Shown here: one piece after another, positions 20,105-28,204 of the stretch
How positions within the stretch are numbered: the stretch's first letter is position 1
Layout of the letters: each line of letters starts with the position of its first letter
Assembly (NCBI RefSeq): GCF_009936135.1
Contig: NZ_CP047901.1
Location: 563,354-627,353, forward strand
Direction: 5' to 3'
DNA: 64,000 nucleotides
Source: Candidatus Chazhemtobacterium aquaticus
GTDB lineage: Bacteria > Patescibacteriota > Microgenomatia > UBA1400 > Chazhemtobacteraceae
Translations under genes and position numbers: made by a program
The notes under the pieces: generated by a model
What the model was told of the DNA's origin: nothing
What the model saw: the letters and a program-made list of their open reading frames with translations, nothing else
Database searches by the model: none

Positions 20105-21073
20105 ATGAAAGACATAATCAGCGCTAACAAACTAACAAAAACCTATCAAATCCCAATTAAACAAGGGGTACTTAAAAGTATCTTTTTCTCTAATAACCGA
20201 GAGTTAATTGCCGTAGATAAAATTGATTTTAAAGTCAAACAAGGCGAGTCAGTCGCCCTGCTTGGACCAAATGGGGCAGGCAAAACGACTACTCTAAAAA
20301 TGCTTACTGGCCTTTTGTATCCAACCTCCGGAGAGATAGAAGTCTTAGGGTTCACTCCCACCGACAGAAAAAGAGAGTTCCTTCGTCAAATCGCCTTGGT
20401 GATGGGTAACAAAAGTGGTCTCTCTTGGGATCTTTCTGCCATGCAAAGTTTCAATCTCTTCAAAACCATTTATCAAATTCCAGAAAACATCCTCAAGAAC
20501 CGTCTTGACGAAATGACAGAACTGCTCGACATCAAAGACCAATTAGACACACCCATTCGTAAACTTTCCCTAGGTCAACGTCTTAAAATGGAGTTAGTTG
20601 GTGCTATTCTTCATCGACCAAAACTACTCTTTCTGGATGAACCCACTATTGGATTAGACGTCGTCTCGAAACGAAAAATAAGAGGTTTTCTTCGCTATCT
20701 CCATAAAGAAGAACAAACCACCATACTCCTCACGAGTCACGAGATGGCCGACATTGAAAGTGTCTGCGATCGTACCATCATCATCAACCACGGTCAAATC
20801 GTTTTTGACGATACATTAGAAAAACTTTCTCACTATTATCAAGACAAGAAATATCTAACCGTCACTTTCAAGAAACCAGTTAAAGAAGAAAAACTTCAAC
20901 AACTGGGCAATGTTATCTCCAGCAGAGAACTCTCCCATACTTTAGAAATCTCTAAATCAACTCAAAGCACAGTCATCGCTAAACTAGCTGAAAAGTTCCC
21001 CGTAGATGATATAGACATTCAAGGGGTTCCGCTAGACGAGATAATTGAAGACCTGTTTACACAAACAAAATAA
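20105..21073 (+). CDS. ABC transporter ATP-binding protein
   Basis: GPNGAGKTT, LSLGQ, LFLDEPTIGLD, TSH. Confidence 0.95.
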   Translation: MKDIISANKLTKTYQIPIKQGVLKSIFFSNNRELIAVDKIDFKVKQGESVALLGPNGAGKTTTLKMLTGLLYPTSGEIEVLGFTPTDRKREFLRQIALVMGNKSGLSWDLSAMQSFNLFKTIYQIPENILKNRLDEMTELLDIKDQLDTPIRKLSLGQRLKMELVGAILHRPKLLFLDEPTIGLDVVSKRKIRGFLRYLHKEEQTTILLTSHEMADIESVCDRTIIINHGQIVFDDTLEKLSHYYQDKKYLTVTFKKPVKEEKLQQLGNVISSRELSHTLEISKSTQSTVIAKLAEKFPVDDIDIQGVPLDEIIEDLFTQTK

Positions 21074-21086
21074 ATTGAAACTGTAG

Positions 21087-21169
21087 TGCCGAGGAGAGGA
21101 CTTGAACCTCCACGAGCTTGCGCTCACAGCGTCCTGAACGCTGCGTGTCTGCCATTCCACCACCTCGGC
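21087..21169 (-). tRNA. tRNA-Leu(CAG)
   Basis: Reverse complement GCCGAGG...CAGCG-TTCAGGA-CGCTG, long variable arm. Confidence 0.95.
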
Positions 21170-21206
21170 ATCAGGCATATTTTACCACTCAAAAAACTAT
21201 ATTGAT

Positions 21207-21863
21207 TTACTCCAACTCACTCATAAACTGGTTCACTCCAAAAGCCCAGGATCCATCAGATGGGGGAGTATATGTCCCCATTACTTCCTCAGCCTCGGTT
21301 CTGGATCCCTTGCTTAAGAACTTCTCCTTAAACTGGGGGGCAATCCTCTCTATCGCTTGCTCATATGACTCAAACCGGGTTATCTTCATTTCCCGACACT
21401 CATTTGCCTCACTATCATAATCCAAACACCATATGCCCCAACCCCAGCAGTTATATGAATCATCAGGAATCCGCTTACACAAATTCGACTCTTGCTGAGC
21501 AATAGCTACCAGCCATCTAAAATCAAAACCATTTTCATCTGATACCTTTACGATCAAATCAGCGTGTGGTTCAAGCGGGGATTCGTGTTTTGCAAGATAC
21601 TGCCGCAAAATCTCTGCTCTGGCATCAGCGGTTCCGATTGAGGTAATAAACTTGTTTTCAGGTGCTGGAATAGCTGCGTACATTAACTCAGGCACTCCAG
21701 TCGGTTGAATCTCGCTCACTAAAGGCGAAGCTAAGGGTACCGGCTTATCCATTTTTACATACATAAAAACAGAAGCCATTAACAAAGCTCCCGAGACACC
21801 GCTCCACACAGGTAGCAACCACAATTTCTTAAACATATCGTACGTCTCTACCCATACTCGCAA
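21207..21863 (-). CDS. Membrane-anchored lysozyme-like/glucosaminidase-domain protein
   Basis: DFRWLVAIAQQESNLCK, YNCWGWG, YTPPS..WA.GV. Confidence 0.7.
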   Translation of the reverse strand: MRVWVETYDMFKKLWLLPVWSGVSGALLMASVFMYVKMDKPVPLASPLVSEIQPTGVPELMYAAIPAPENKFITSIGTADARAEILRQYLAKHESPLEPHADLIVKVSDENGFDFRWLVAIAQQESNLCKRIPDDSYNCWGWGIWCLDYDSEANECREMKITRFESYEQAIERIAPQFKEKFLSKGSRTEAEEVMGTYTPPSDGSWAFGVNQFMSELE

Positions 21864-21886
21864 GATTTAAGCTCATTGTCAACTTG

Positions 21887-21961
21887 CGCGCCTGGAGGGA
21901 CTCGAACCCCCATAAAACCCTGTTCCGAAGACAGGTGCCTTATCCATTAGGCCACAGGCGC
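21887..21961 (-). tRNA. tRNA-Arg(TCG)
   Basis: Reverse complement GCGCCTG...CCTGT-CTTCGGA-ACAGG...GGTTCGAGTCC. Confidence 0.92.
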
Positions 21962-22859
21962 ATATTTTAATTTCCAACTGTTATTCTCATGAGCTGTCTT
22001 TCTTCTATGGCAATTCGCACACCGGACCTCACACTTTCCAATCTCAGTCGAAATTGTTTTTAAAGACAAGCCTCCCTTTACCATATCACTAAGCGTGCAA
22101 CGCTTGTGCTTTCTATCTTTATGATCAAACTCTAAAACAGTTATATCCTTCTCACCACAATCAACACAAGGATGCGTTGATAAATATGTACCAACATACT
22201 GACGCGCCTCTTCTCTTACAACTACGTTTCTTCTTCGTGCTTTTTCAAGATAATATTTTCGATTCTCAACGTAATGCTGCCTTACATACTCTCTTGAACA
22301 CGCGGTGCAATATGTTGCACGAGTTTTATTTCTTCCTTACAGGAAACCCCGCATGGAATAGCGTCACACGAGAGTAGTTAGCGTATGGAATGCGGGGATG
22401 AATGAGCATATCAGGCTGACCTGATATGCTGACTGCATGAGAAAGAGAAGCCTTAATCACTGTGCCTATCAACACCAGTACCATCTAGTCTGGGGAACAA
22501 AATACAGACGGAAATACATCAAGTCGTATGTCAAGGAAGAGTTGCTGTTAGAGTTACACCAACTGATCAAGAAATATCCCACACTGTATCTTTACGCTGT
22601 CAACACGGGTAGTGATCACATTCATCTACAAATTGAGATTTCACCAGATATATCAGTAGCCAGGGTGGTTCAAAGGATTAAGACATATACCAGCTTTCGA
22701 TTAAAGAAAAAATTTAAGTTCATCAGGAAGATATATCTGGACTCTGGTATCTGGAGTGTGGGATATTTCTCATCAACAGTGGGTTTAAACGAGACTTACC
22801 TTCCAGTTAAACTCGGATACATTTTTTCTTTTCTGACAGCGCGGACATGTCTTAAACAC
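21947..22859 (-). pseudogene. Zn-finger HNH endonuclease gene interrupted by an IS200/IS605 fragment
   Basis: 5' part 22859-22795 = MFKTCPRCQKRKNVSEFNWKV; 3' part 22331-21947 = NKTRATYCTAC...HPCVDCGE...LEFDH...KCEVRCANCHRRKT...YAPVA*; removing 463 bp restores a 149-aa ORF homologous to 24285..24734. Confidence 0.85.
22341..22794 (+). mobile_element. Truncated IS200/IS605-family element (left end plus partial tnpA)
   Basis: Starts after TTAC; CCCCGCAT...ATGCGGGG and AGCATATCAGG-CTGA-CCTGATATGCT hairpins; tnpA homology stops at GLNE. Confidence 0.8.
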
Positions 22860-22898
22860 AACTGTTTTAATTATATCAATGTACACTTCGAAAATTAA
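22437..22898 (+). pseudogene. tnpA: IS200/IS605 Y1 transposase TnpA, C-terminally truncated
   Basis: YHLVWGTKYRRK, DHIH (HUH), WSVGYFSSTVGLNE; the usual IxxYIxxQ catalytic-Tyr helix is replaced by antisense HNH sequence. Confidence 0.85.
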
Positions 22899-22944
22899 AT
22901 ATGATTTCGAAGTATAGAAACTAAACTCAGATAACGCATTCGTG

Positions 22945-23016
22945 TGCGCCCAGGAGGACTCGAACCTCCAACCAATTGCTTAAGAGGCAACTGCTCTGCC
23001 ATTGAGCTATGGGCGC
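22945..23016 (-). tRNA. tRNA-Lys(CTT)
   Basis: Reverse complement GCGCCCA...GTTGC-CTCTTAA-GCAAT. Confidence 0.95.
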
Positions 23017-23055
23017 ATAACCCATATTATATCAACCCTATATATAAAAGTAGGG

Positions 23056-23130
23056 GGTGGCTGACGAGAATTGAACCCGCGACCTCCGCTTCCACAGAGC
23101 GGCGCTCTAACCGACTGAGCTACAGCCACC
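23056..23130 (-). tRNA. tRNA-His(GTG)
   Basis: CCGCT-CTGTGGA-AGCGG; encoded G-1 opposite C73. Confidence 0.95.
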
Positions 23131-23164
23131 ACGTTTTCAACCATTTTACTTGAGTTTGGTTGAG

Positions 23165-23238
23165 CGCGCCCAGCAGGATTCGAACCTGCGACCTACTGCT
23201 TAGAAGGCAGTTGCTCTATCCGGCTGAGCTATGGGCGC
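23165..23238 (-). tRNA. tRNA-Arg(TCT)
   Basis: ACTGC-CTTCTAA-GCAGT. Confidence 0.95.
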
Positions 23239-23239
23239 A

Positions 23240-23313
23240 TGGAGCGGGAGAGGGGGATCGAACCCCCGTCTTCTGCTTGGAAGGCAGATGCTCTACCATT
23301 GAGCTACTCCCGC
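23240..23313 (-). tRNA. tRNA-Gly(TCC)
   Basis: TCTGC-CTTCCAA-GCAGA; CCA encoded. Confidence 0.95.
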
Positions 23314-23327
23314 ATAATATGTTCCAG

Positions 23328-23400
23328 TCGGGGTGCCCGGTCTCGAACCGGGGACCTCTGCGTCCCAAACGCAGCACTCTACCATCTGAGCTACACCCCG
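23328..23400 (-). tRNA. tRNA-Pro(TGG)
   Basis: CGGGGTG acceptor; CTGCG-TTTGGGA-CGCAG. Confidence 0.95.
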
Positions 23401-23411
23401 TTGTCAATTAG

Positions 23412-23497
23412 TGCCGAGGGCGGGAATCGAACCCGCACGAGGGTTGAACCTCAAGGGATTTTAAGTCCCTCGCGTCTGCCTATTCCGCCACCTCGGC
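23412..23497 (-). tRNA. tRNA-Leu(TAA)
   Basis: AGGGA-CTTAAAA-TCCCT; long variable arm. Confidence 0.95.
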
Positions 23498-23535
23498 GCC
23501 AGGCTTAATTTTACCACTTATCACCCGATTTGACC

Positions 23536-23766
23536 TTAAGGCAATACGTTTCTCAAAAAATAGAAGATTCCATCCACTATCGTTCTAAAGATGGGTACTG
23601 AGGCTGGAACAAAGATAATCAATAGTAAAATCCAGATAAAATTACGCTTAATCAAATCTACTAACATCAATACAATTCCCACGAAAATAAGCAAGGCGAT
23701 CAAACCTTGTAACTCCATCGGAAAAAGGGATATAAAATCCTGCCACAACATCATTATCTGATCCAT
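23536..23766 (-). CDS. Small 2-TM membrane protein, hypothetical
   Basis: Hydrophobic 76-aa ORF; TGTTAAAAT 6 nt before the ATG. Confidence 0.7.
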   Translation of the reverse strand: MDQIMMLWQDFISLFPMELQGLIALLIFVGIVLMLVDLIKRNFIWILLLIIFVPASVPIFRTIVDGIFYFLRNVLP

Positions 23767-23838
23767 AACGCCATTTTAACATCTCAAAAACCCAAGCCTA
23801 GCTCATCACCCTCGGTCTTGGTATAATATCAGCTGTTA

Positions 23839-23922
23839 GGGCAGGTGGCGGAACTGGCAGACGCGCAGCCTTGAGGAGGCTGTGGGCTTATGCCCGTGGA
23901 GGTTCAAGTCCTCTCCTGCCCA
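23839..23922 (+). tRNA. tRNA-Leu(GAG)
   Basis: CAGCC-TTGAGGA-GGCTG; long variable arm; TGGTATAAT upstream. Confidence 0.95.
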
Positions 23923-23965
23923 CACAAAAGCCGCGTCATCACGCGGCCTCTTTGTAAAAACACCT

Positions 23966-24051
23966 GCCGAGGTGGCGGAATGGCAGACGCGCTGGATTTA
24001 GGATCCAGTGGGTGTAAACCCGTGGAGGTTCAAGTCCTCTCCTCGGCACCA
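23966..24051 (+). tRNA. tRNA-Leu(TAG)
   Basis: CTGGA-TTTAGGA-TCCAG; CCA encoded. Confidence 0.95.
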
Positions 24052-24059
24052 ACAACCAA

Positions 24060-24133
24060 GGACGGTTGGCGCAGTTGGTTAGCGCGTCTCTTTTACACAG
24101 AGAAGGCCGGGGGTTCGAATCCCTCACCGTCCA
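24060..24133 (+). tRNA. tRNA-Val(TAC)
   Basis: TCTCT-TTTACAC-AGAGA. Confidence 0.95.
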
Positions 24134-24166
24134 CCGGAAGATAAAGATGATAAAATAATTACACTT

Positions 24167-24239
24167 GCCAAGCTAGCCAAGGTGGTCACGGCGCGTGTCT
24201 GAAAAACACGAGATTGAGGTTCGACTCCTCAGCTTGGCA
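24167..24239 (+). tRNA. tRNA-Phe(GAA)
   Basis: CGTGT-CTGAAAA-ACACG. Confidence 0.95.
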
Positions 24240-24284
24240 CAAAATACTTGAACTAGTCGCAACCCAAGGGATAACATAATTGTA

Positions 24285-24734
24285 ATGAAGACATGCTCCA
24301 GATGTCACCTTAGTAAGGATTTATCCGAATTCTATTTACGCAAAACCGGCAGGAAAGCAGGGCAATATTACAACCACTGTAAAACGTGTCTCAGAGAGAG
24401 GGGAAAATCTTATTACAGGAAAAACAGAGAGAGGCAGCTCTTCCTATCAAACCAAAGAAGAAAAAAATACGTAATTCTCAAAAAGAAGCTAGTATATAGT
24501 CTCAAAAACAAGCCGTGTAAAGATTGTGGCCAAAGATTTCCTCACTACGTTATGGACTTCGACCATCGCGATGAGACAACCAAGATCGGAAATATCGCCC
24601 ACTTAGTCAGCCAAAACTACTACTCAAAAACAAAACTACTTGCAGAAATCAACAAATGTGACATCGTCTGCGCTAATTGCCATCGCATAAGAACCTACAA
24701 ACACAAAATACGCACCATAAACAAAGTTTATTGA
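24285..24734 (+). CDS. Zn-finger HNH endonuclease
   Basis: CSRC, CKTC, PCKDCG, MDFDH, KCDIVCANCHRIRT. Confidence 0.85.
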   Translation: MKTCSRCHLSKDLSEFYLRKTGRKAGQYYNHCKTCLRERGKSYYRKNRERQLFLSNQRRKKYVILKKKLVYSLKNKPCKDCGQRFPHYVMDFDHRDETTKIGNIAHLVSQNYYSKTKLLAEINKCDIVCANCHRIRTYKHKIRTINKVY

Positions 24735-24750
24735 TATAATAATAGAACCT

Positions 24751-24826
<76 letters not shown>

Positions 24827-24832
24827 CACATT

Positions 24833-25705
24833 ATGACGGAACTTTTTGACCAGTACGACTATACTCACCAACGCATTCAAAACAGTCTGGTGTTAGCCTA
24901 TCTCAAGGAAGGGTCAGTAAATGCTATTCTCCCTCAGTTTCCTGAGGTGCCTGAACAAACTGCCCACAACTGGCTTGATGCCTACGACATAGTTAAACTC
25001 CAGGGTCGCAAACCCAATCCATTAGGTTCTGTCCTATACTTCCTGTCTCAATGGGTAGCCGCCAAAGATATTCCTCTAGAACGTTGGTACCGCGAATACA
25101 CGCCTCATCGTATTCGAGAAGTTCTCTCCACACCTAGTCTCCATCGAGTTGTTGATCACATTCGCCGGCTTACCACCAGGCTTTCCGCTACTGCCCTCAT
25201 TATCACTCCTCAAGACGCTCCAGAGCATATCTTAGTTGGTCATGACATTACCACCCCCAATCCTCAAGTAGGTAAAACCTTCGGCTCATTATCTCTACCC
25301 ATGACCTATTCCAATACCGGTGAGCCGCCCCAACTCTCAATTAAACGAGTTCTTCAGCAAGAGGTTTTTTCCAATCTTGTTTTAAGCAAAGACTTTCCAG
25401 ACTGGCTTATACCCGATGAGCTACAACCCTTCATGCACGTAGCCGTCGCTGACGTTGATGTGGCTGCATATCACCTTCAGATCCCCTGGGAGCTTACTGA
25501 TAGTTTTAGTAGTCCCAAGCTTGATGGACTTAAACTTACTCCGCTAGACCAACTTCTTAAGCACCATCCGCTGGATACCTCTATACGATCAGGTGTAGTT
25601 GAGATAGCCAGCGGACATTCATCCTATATCAACCAACCTCAAACAGAACCCATCACCTGGGCTCTATCACGCTTAAACGAAGAAATACTGCTCGCTCGCC
25701 TCTAA
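24833..25705 (+). CDS. Hypothetical protein with possible N-terminal HTH and degenerate NUDIX domain
   Basis: True start probably ATG 24833 (the track start lies inside the tRNA); LSLPMTYSNTGEPPQLSIKRVLQQEV has Nudix-box spacing. Confidence 0.6.
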   Translation: MTELFDQYDYTHQRIQNSLVLAYLKEGSVNAILPQFPEVPEQTAHNWLDAYDIVKLQGRKPNPLGSVLYFLSQWVAAKDIPLERWYREYTPHRIREVLSTPSLHRVVDHIRRLTTRLSATALIITPQDAPEHILVGHDITTPNPQVGKTFGSLSLPMTYSNTGEPPQLSIKRVLQQEVFSNLVLSKDFPDWLIPDELQPFMHVAVADVDVAAYHLQIPWELTDSFSSPKLDGLKLTPLDQLLKHHPLDTSIRSGVVEIASGHSSYINQPQTEPITWALSRLNEEILLARL

Positions 25706-25735
25706 GAGCCTCAAAATGTTAAAATATCCCAATCT

Positions 25736-25809
25736 TGCCGGATCGTCTAATGGTAGGACACCACCCTTTGAAGGTGGTTATCTAGGTTCGAACCCTAGTC
25801 CGGCAACCA
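25736..25809 (+). tRNA. tRNA-Gln(TTG)
   Basis: TGCCGGA acceptor (T1-A72); CCACC-CTTTGAA-GGTGG; CCA encoded. Confidence 0.95.
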
Positions 25810-25882
25810 ATCACCGTACACACTCAATAAAACCAAAACAAAAACCTCCCAATTTGGCTATGTTACTTAAATCTTCTCAAAT

Positions 25883-26512
25883 CTAGTTTGCAAATCTTCT
25901 CGCTAGCCATCCAAACAAGCTAAAACCAGACAACTCTTCCTCCAGTTGTGAGTCTAGAGTATCTGCTTCTGCCTGAAGCTCATCAATAGCCGTTTGAATG
26001 TCCTCAACATCGCTTGCTGTTGCGTCAGCTTTCGTTCTTTCCAATTTATCAATATCATTTCTTAAATCAACGATGTTGCTTCTTACCTGACCTGCATTTT
26101 TGTAATCTGGTCCGAGTAAAAATTTCACTACTCCATTCCTTTTACTCATTGCCTGTACCGCAGTCTGAACCTTTGTCTGAATCTGCTGATGACTTTGAAC
26201 CATTGTTCGAACCTGCTCACCAATTTCCGGGTTATTTGTTCTCTCGGCAACTCGGTTAAGACTTTGCGTGGCCTTGCCAATACCCTGACCCATAGCCTCA
26301 GAGCCAACTTGATTACCTGCCCCAGACTGTTCCACTTGGTCTAACTGATCACCCTGAGGGACTATAGTCTCACCATCGTGAGTTGTTGGATCCTGAACTC
26401 TTTGTTGAACGCCATTCAATTGGCCCTGTCCCTGGCCTTGAGCCATAACGACTACTGGAGTAGAGACAATCAATAATGAAATCGCCGACGCAATTACAAT
26501 TTTTTCTATCAT
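25883..26512 (-). CDS. Secreted Gln-rich coiled-coil protein, hypothetical
   Basis: Signal peptide MIEKIVIASAISLLIVSTPVVVMA; KFLLGPDYKN; FSLFGWL C-terminus; start uncertain. Confidence 0.7.
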   Translation of the reverse strand: MIEKIVIASAISLLIVSTPVVVMAQGQGQGQLNGVQQRVQDPTTHDGETIVPQGDQLDQVEQSGAGNQVGSEAMGQGIGKATQSLNRVAERTNNPEIGEQVRTMVQSHQQIQTKVQTAVQAMSKRNGVVKFLLGPDYKNAGQVRSNIVDLRNDIDKLERTKADATASDVEDIQTAIDELQAEADTLDSQLEEELSGFSLFGWLARRFAN

Positions 26513-26591
26513 GCCTACCATGCTAAACTTATTCGCATGCTTTGTCGATATATACAGATCAATCGGCAAATATTCTCTACAATTACCATAA

Positions 26592-26894
26592 ATGAAAATC
26601 AACAAGCTCAATATCTTAGACAAAGATGCCCTGTTTATCATCATCGTCACAACGGCTATTCTTGTATTCCATTTGTTTGCAACGCTTTTCATCAATCAAG
26701 TCAACTGGGATTTTTTTGATTTTCTAGTCGCAGGCCTTCTTTTGCTAGGTATTGGCTCTGTCTACCTTCTCACCACCAAACTACTTGGGATAAAGCATCG
26801 GCGCATTATCGCCCTGGTTCTAATAACCATTCTTACTCTTATCTGGGCTGAGCTTGCAGTTGGTCTCTTTGGTACTCCATTTGCTGGTAACTAA
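26592..26894 (+). CDS. Small membrane protein, hypothetical
   Basis: 3 TM; VNWDFFDFLVAG, IWAELAVGLFGTPFAG. Confidence 0.7.
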   Translation: MKINKLNILDKDALFIIIVTTAILVFHLFATLFINQVNWDFFDFLVAGLLLLGIGSVYLLTTKLLGIKHRRIIALVLITILTLIWAELAVGLFGTPFAGN

Positions 26895-26944
26895 ACATTA
26901 CACCCTTGCTTTCATAATCACTTTCCCGATATATTTAAATCTCT

Positions 26945-27382
26945 ATGGACGACAATACCTCAGCCCCAACGGAATCAACAGATCAAGCCACTAGCCTCAT
27001 TTCTCTAGAAAACCTAATTAAGAGCTATCTAAACAAAATAGAGTCCCATCAAGACATCCTAAAAAATCTACGAGAGATGGTTAATGATGCCTTAGAGAAT
27101 GATCCTGACTATGTCGAGGCGGCCAAGCAAGCCAAACAAGCAGCTCAACAAAAATCATCAGCCAAAAAAGCTGTCATCTCTCAACCCGAAATCGCCAAAA
27201 TTCACGACAAGCTTCAAGACGGCACCAAACAGCTTAAAGAAATGCGCGCTGCCCTCTCCCTCCATCTACAAAACTACGCTCAACTATCTGGTAATACCCA
27301 GTTCGAGGATGACGAAGGCCAAGTCAGAGAAATCGTCTACGTCGCCAAAGTAGTCAAGAAAAACCCTAAATACCGACCCTAA
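26945..27382 (+). CDS. Hypothetical coiled-coil protein
   Basis: Helical charged 145-aa ORF with C-terminal beta hairpin FEDDEGQVREIVYVAKV. Confidence 0.7.
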   Translation: MDDNTSAPTESTDQATSLISLENLIKSYLNKIESHQDILKNLREMVNDALENDPDYVEAAKQAKQAAQQKSSAKKAVISQPEIAKIHDKLQDGTKQLKEMRAALSLHLQNYAQLSGNTQFEDDEGQVREIVYVAKVVKKNPKYRP

Positions 27383-27388
27383 CTCTTC

Positions 27389-28147
27389 TTATCCAGCCAA
27401 CCAGCCTCCATCAACATAGAGTGTCACTCCGGTAATGTAATCAGCCTCATCAGAAGCCAGGAATGCAGCCGCAGCTCCAATATCTTCCGGTTTACCAACT
27501 CTACCTTTAGGTGTTCTTCTCAATACTGCTTCTCCCATCTCCTTATCATCACTCGTTCCCCTGCTCATATCGGTATCTATAGCCCCGGGAGCAATGGCAT
27601 TAACATTAATTCCCTTAGGTCCAAGATCAAGGGCTAAGTTCTCAGTTAGGCCAATCACTCCACCCTTTGAAGCTGTGTATGCCTCAATCTGAGCAAAACC
27701 TACCCCCATTCCACCTGAAGAAATCGAGGCTATGTTAATAATTCGTCCACCATTTTTCATCATCTTAACTGCCTCCTGAGCACAAAAAAACTGACCCTTT
27801 AGGTTTACGCCCAGTACCTCATCAAGCATCTCCTCACTAAACTCACTAAACTCTCCTCCTCGCAATACCCCTGCATTGTTAACCAAAATATCCAGACCTC
27901 CCCACTCTTGTTTGATCTGTTCAAACATGGATACTACTTCACTTCTTTTTGATACGTCTGCTTGAATTATCAAAGCTTTTCTTCCCTTTGCCTCAACTTC
28001 CTGAGCTACAGCCTCCGCCTTGTTTTTATTGGAGGTAAAGTTAATCACCACATCAGCTCCTTGCTCGGCCAAGGCCAAGACAACTCCTCTACCAATACCT
28101 CTTGATCCACCCGTCACCAGCGCTTTTTTACCAGCTAAGCTAAACAT
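27389..28147 (-). CDS. Short-chain dehydrogenase/reductase (FabG-like)
   Basis: TGGSRGIG, NNAG, YTASK, VDGG. Confidence 0.92.
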   Translation of the reverse strand: MFSLAGKKALVTGGSRGIGRGVVLALAEQGADVVINFTSNKNKAEAVAQEVEAKGRKALIIQADVSKRSEVVSMFEQIKQEWGGLDILVNNAGVLRGGEFSEFSEEMLDEVLGVNLKGQFFCAQEAVKMMKNGGRIINIASISSGGMGVGFAQIEAYTASKGGVIGLTENLALDLGPKGINVNAIAPGAIDTDMSRGTSDDKEMGEAVLRRTPKGRVGKPEDIGAAAAFLASDEADYITGVTLYVDGGWLAG

Positions 28148-28204
28148 AGTATTTATATAAAAAACTTACTAACTGCTTAAAATCCTAACACAAATACCCA
28201 GGGT

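Noticed and set aside
22177-22377. 66-aa + strand ORF
   Set aside because: Antisense to the 3' half of the interrupted HNH gene
22437-22940. TnpB/IscB RNA-guided nuclease system
   Set aside because: No RuvC-type ORF or right end next to tnpA; the adjacent HNH is a small interrupted target gene on the opposite strand
22944-24144. ORF-track entries across the tRNA cluster (e.g. 22944..23153, 23160..23411, 23239..23508, 23890..24144)
   Set aside because: Translations of tRNA genes or their complements
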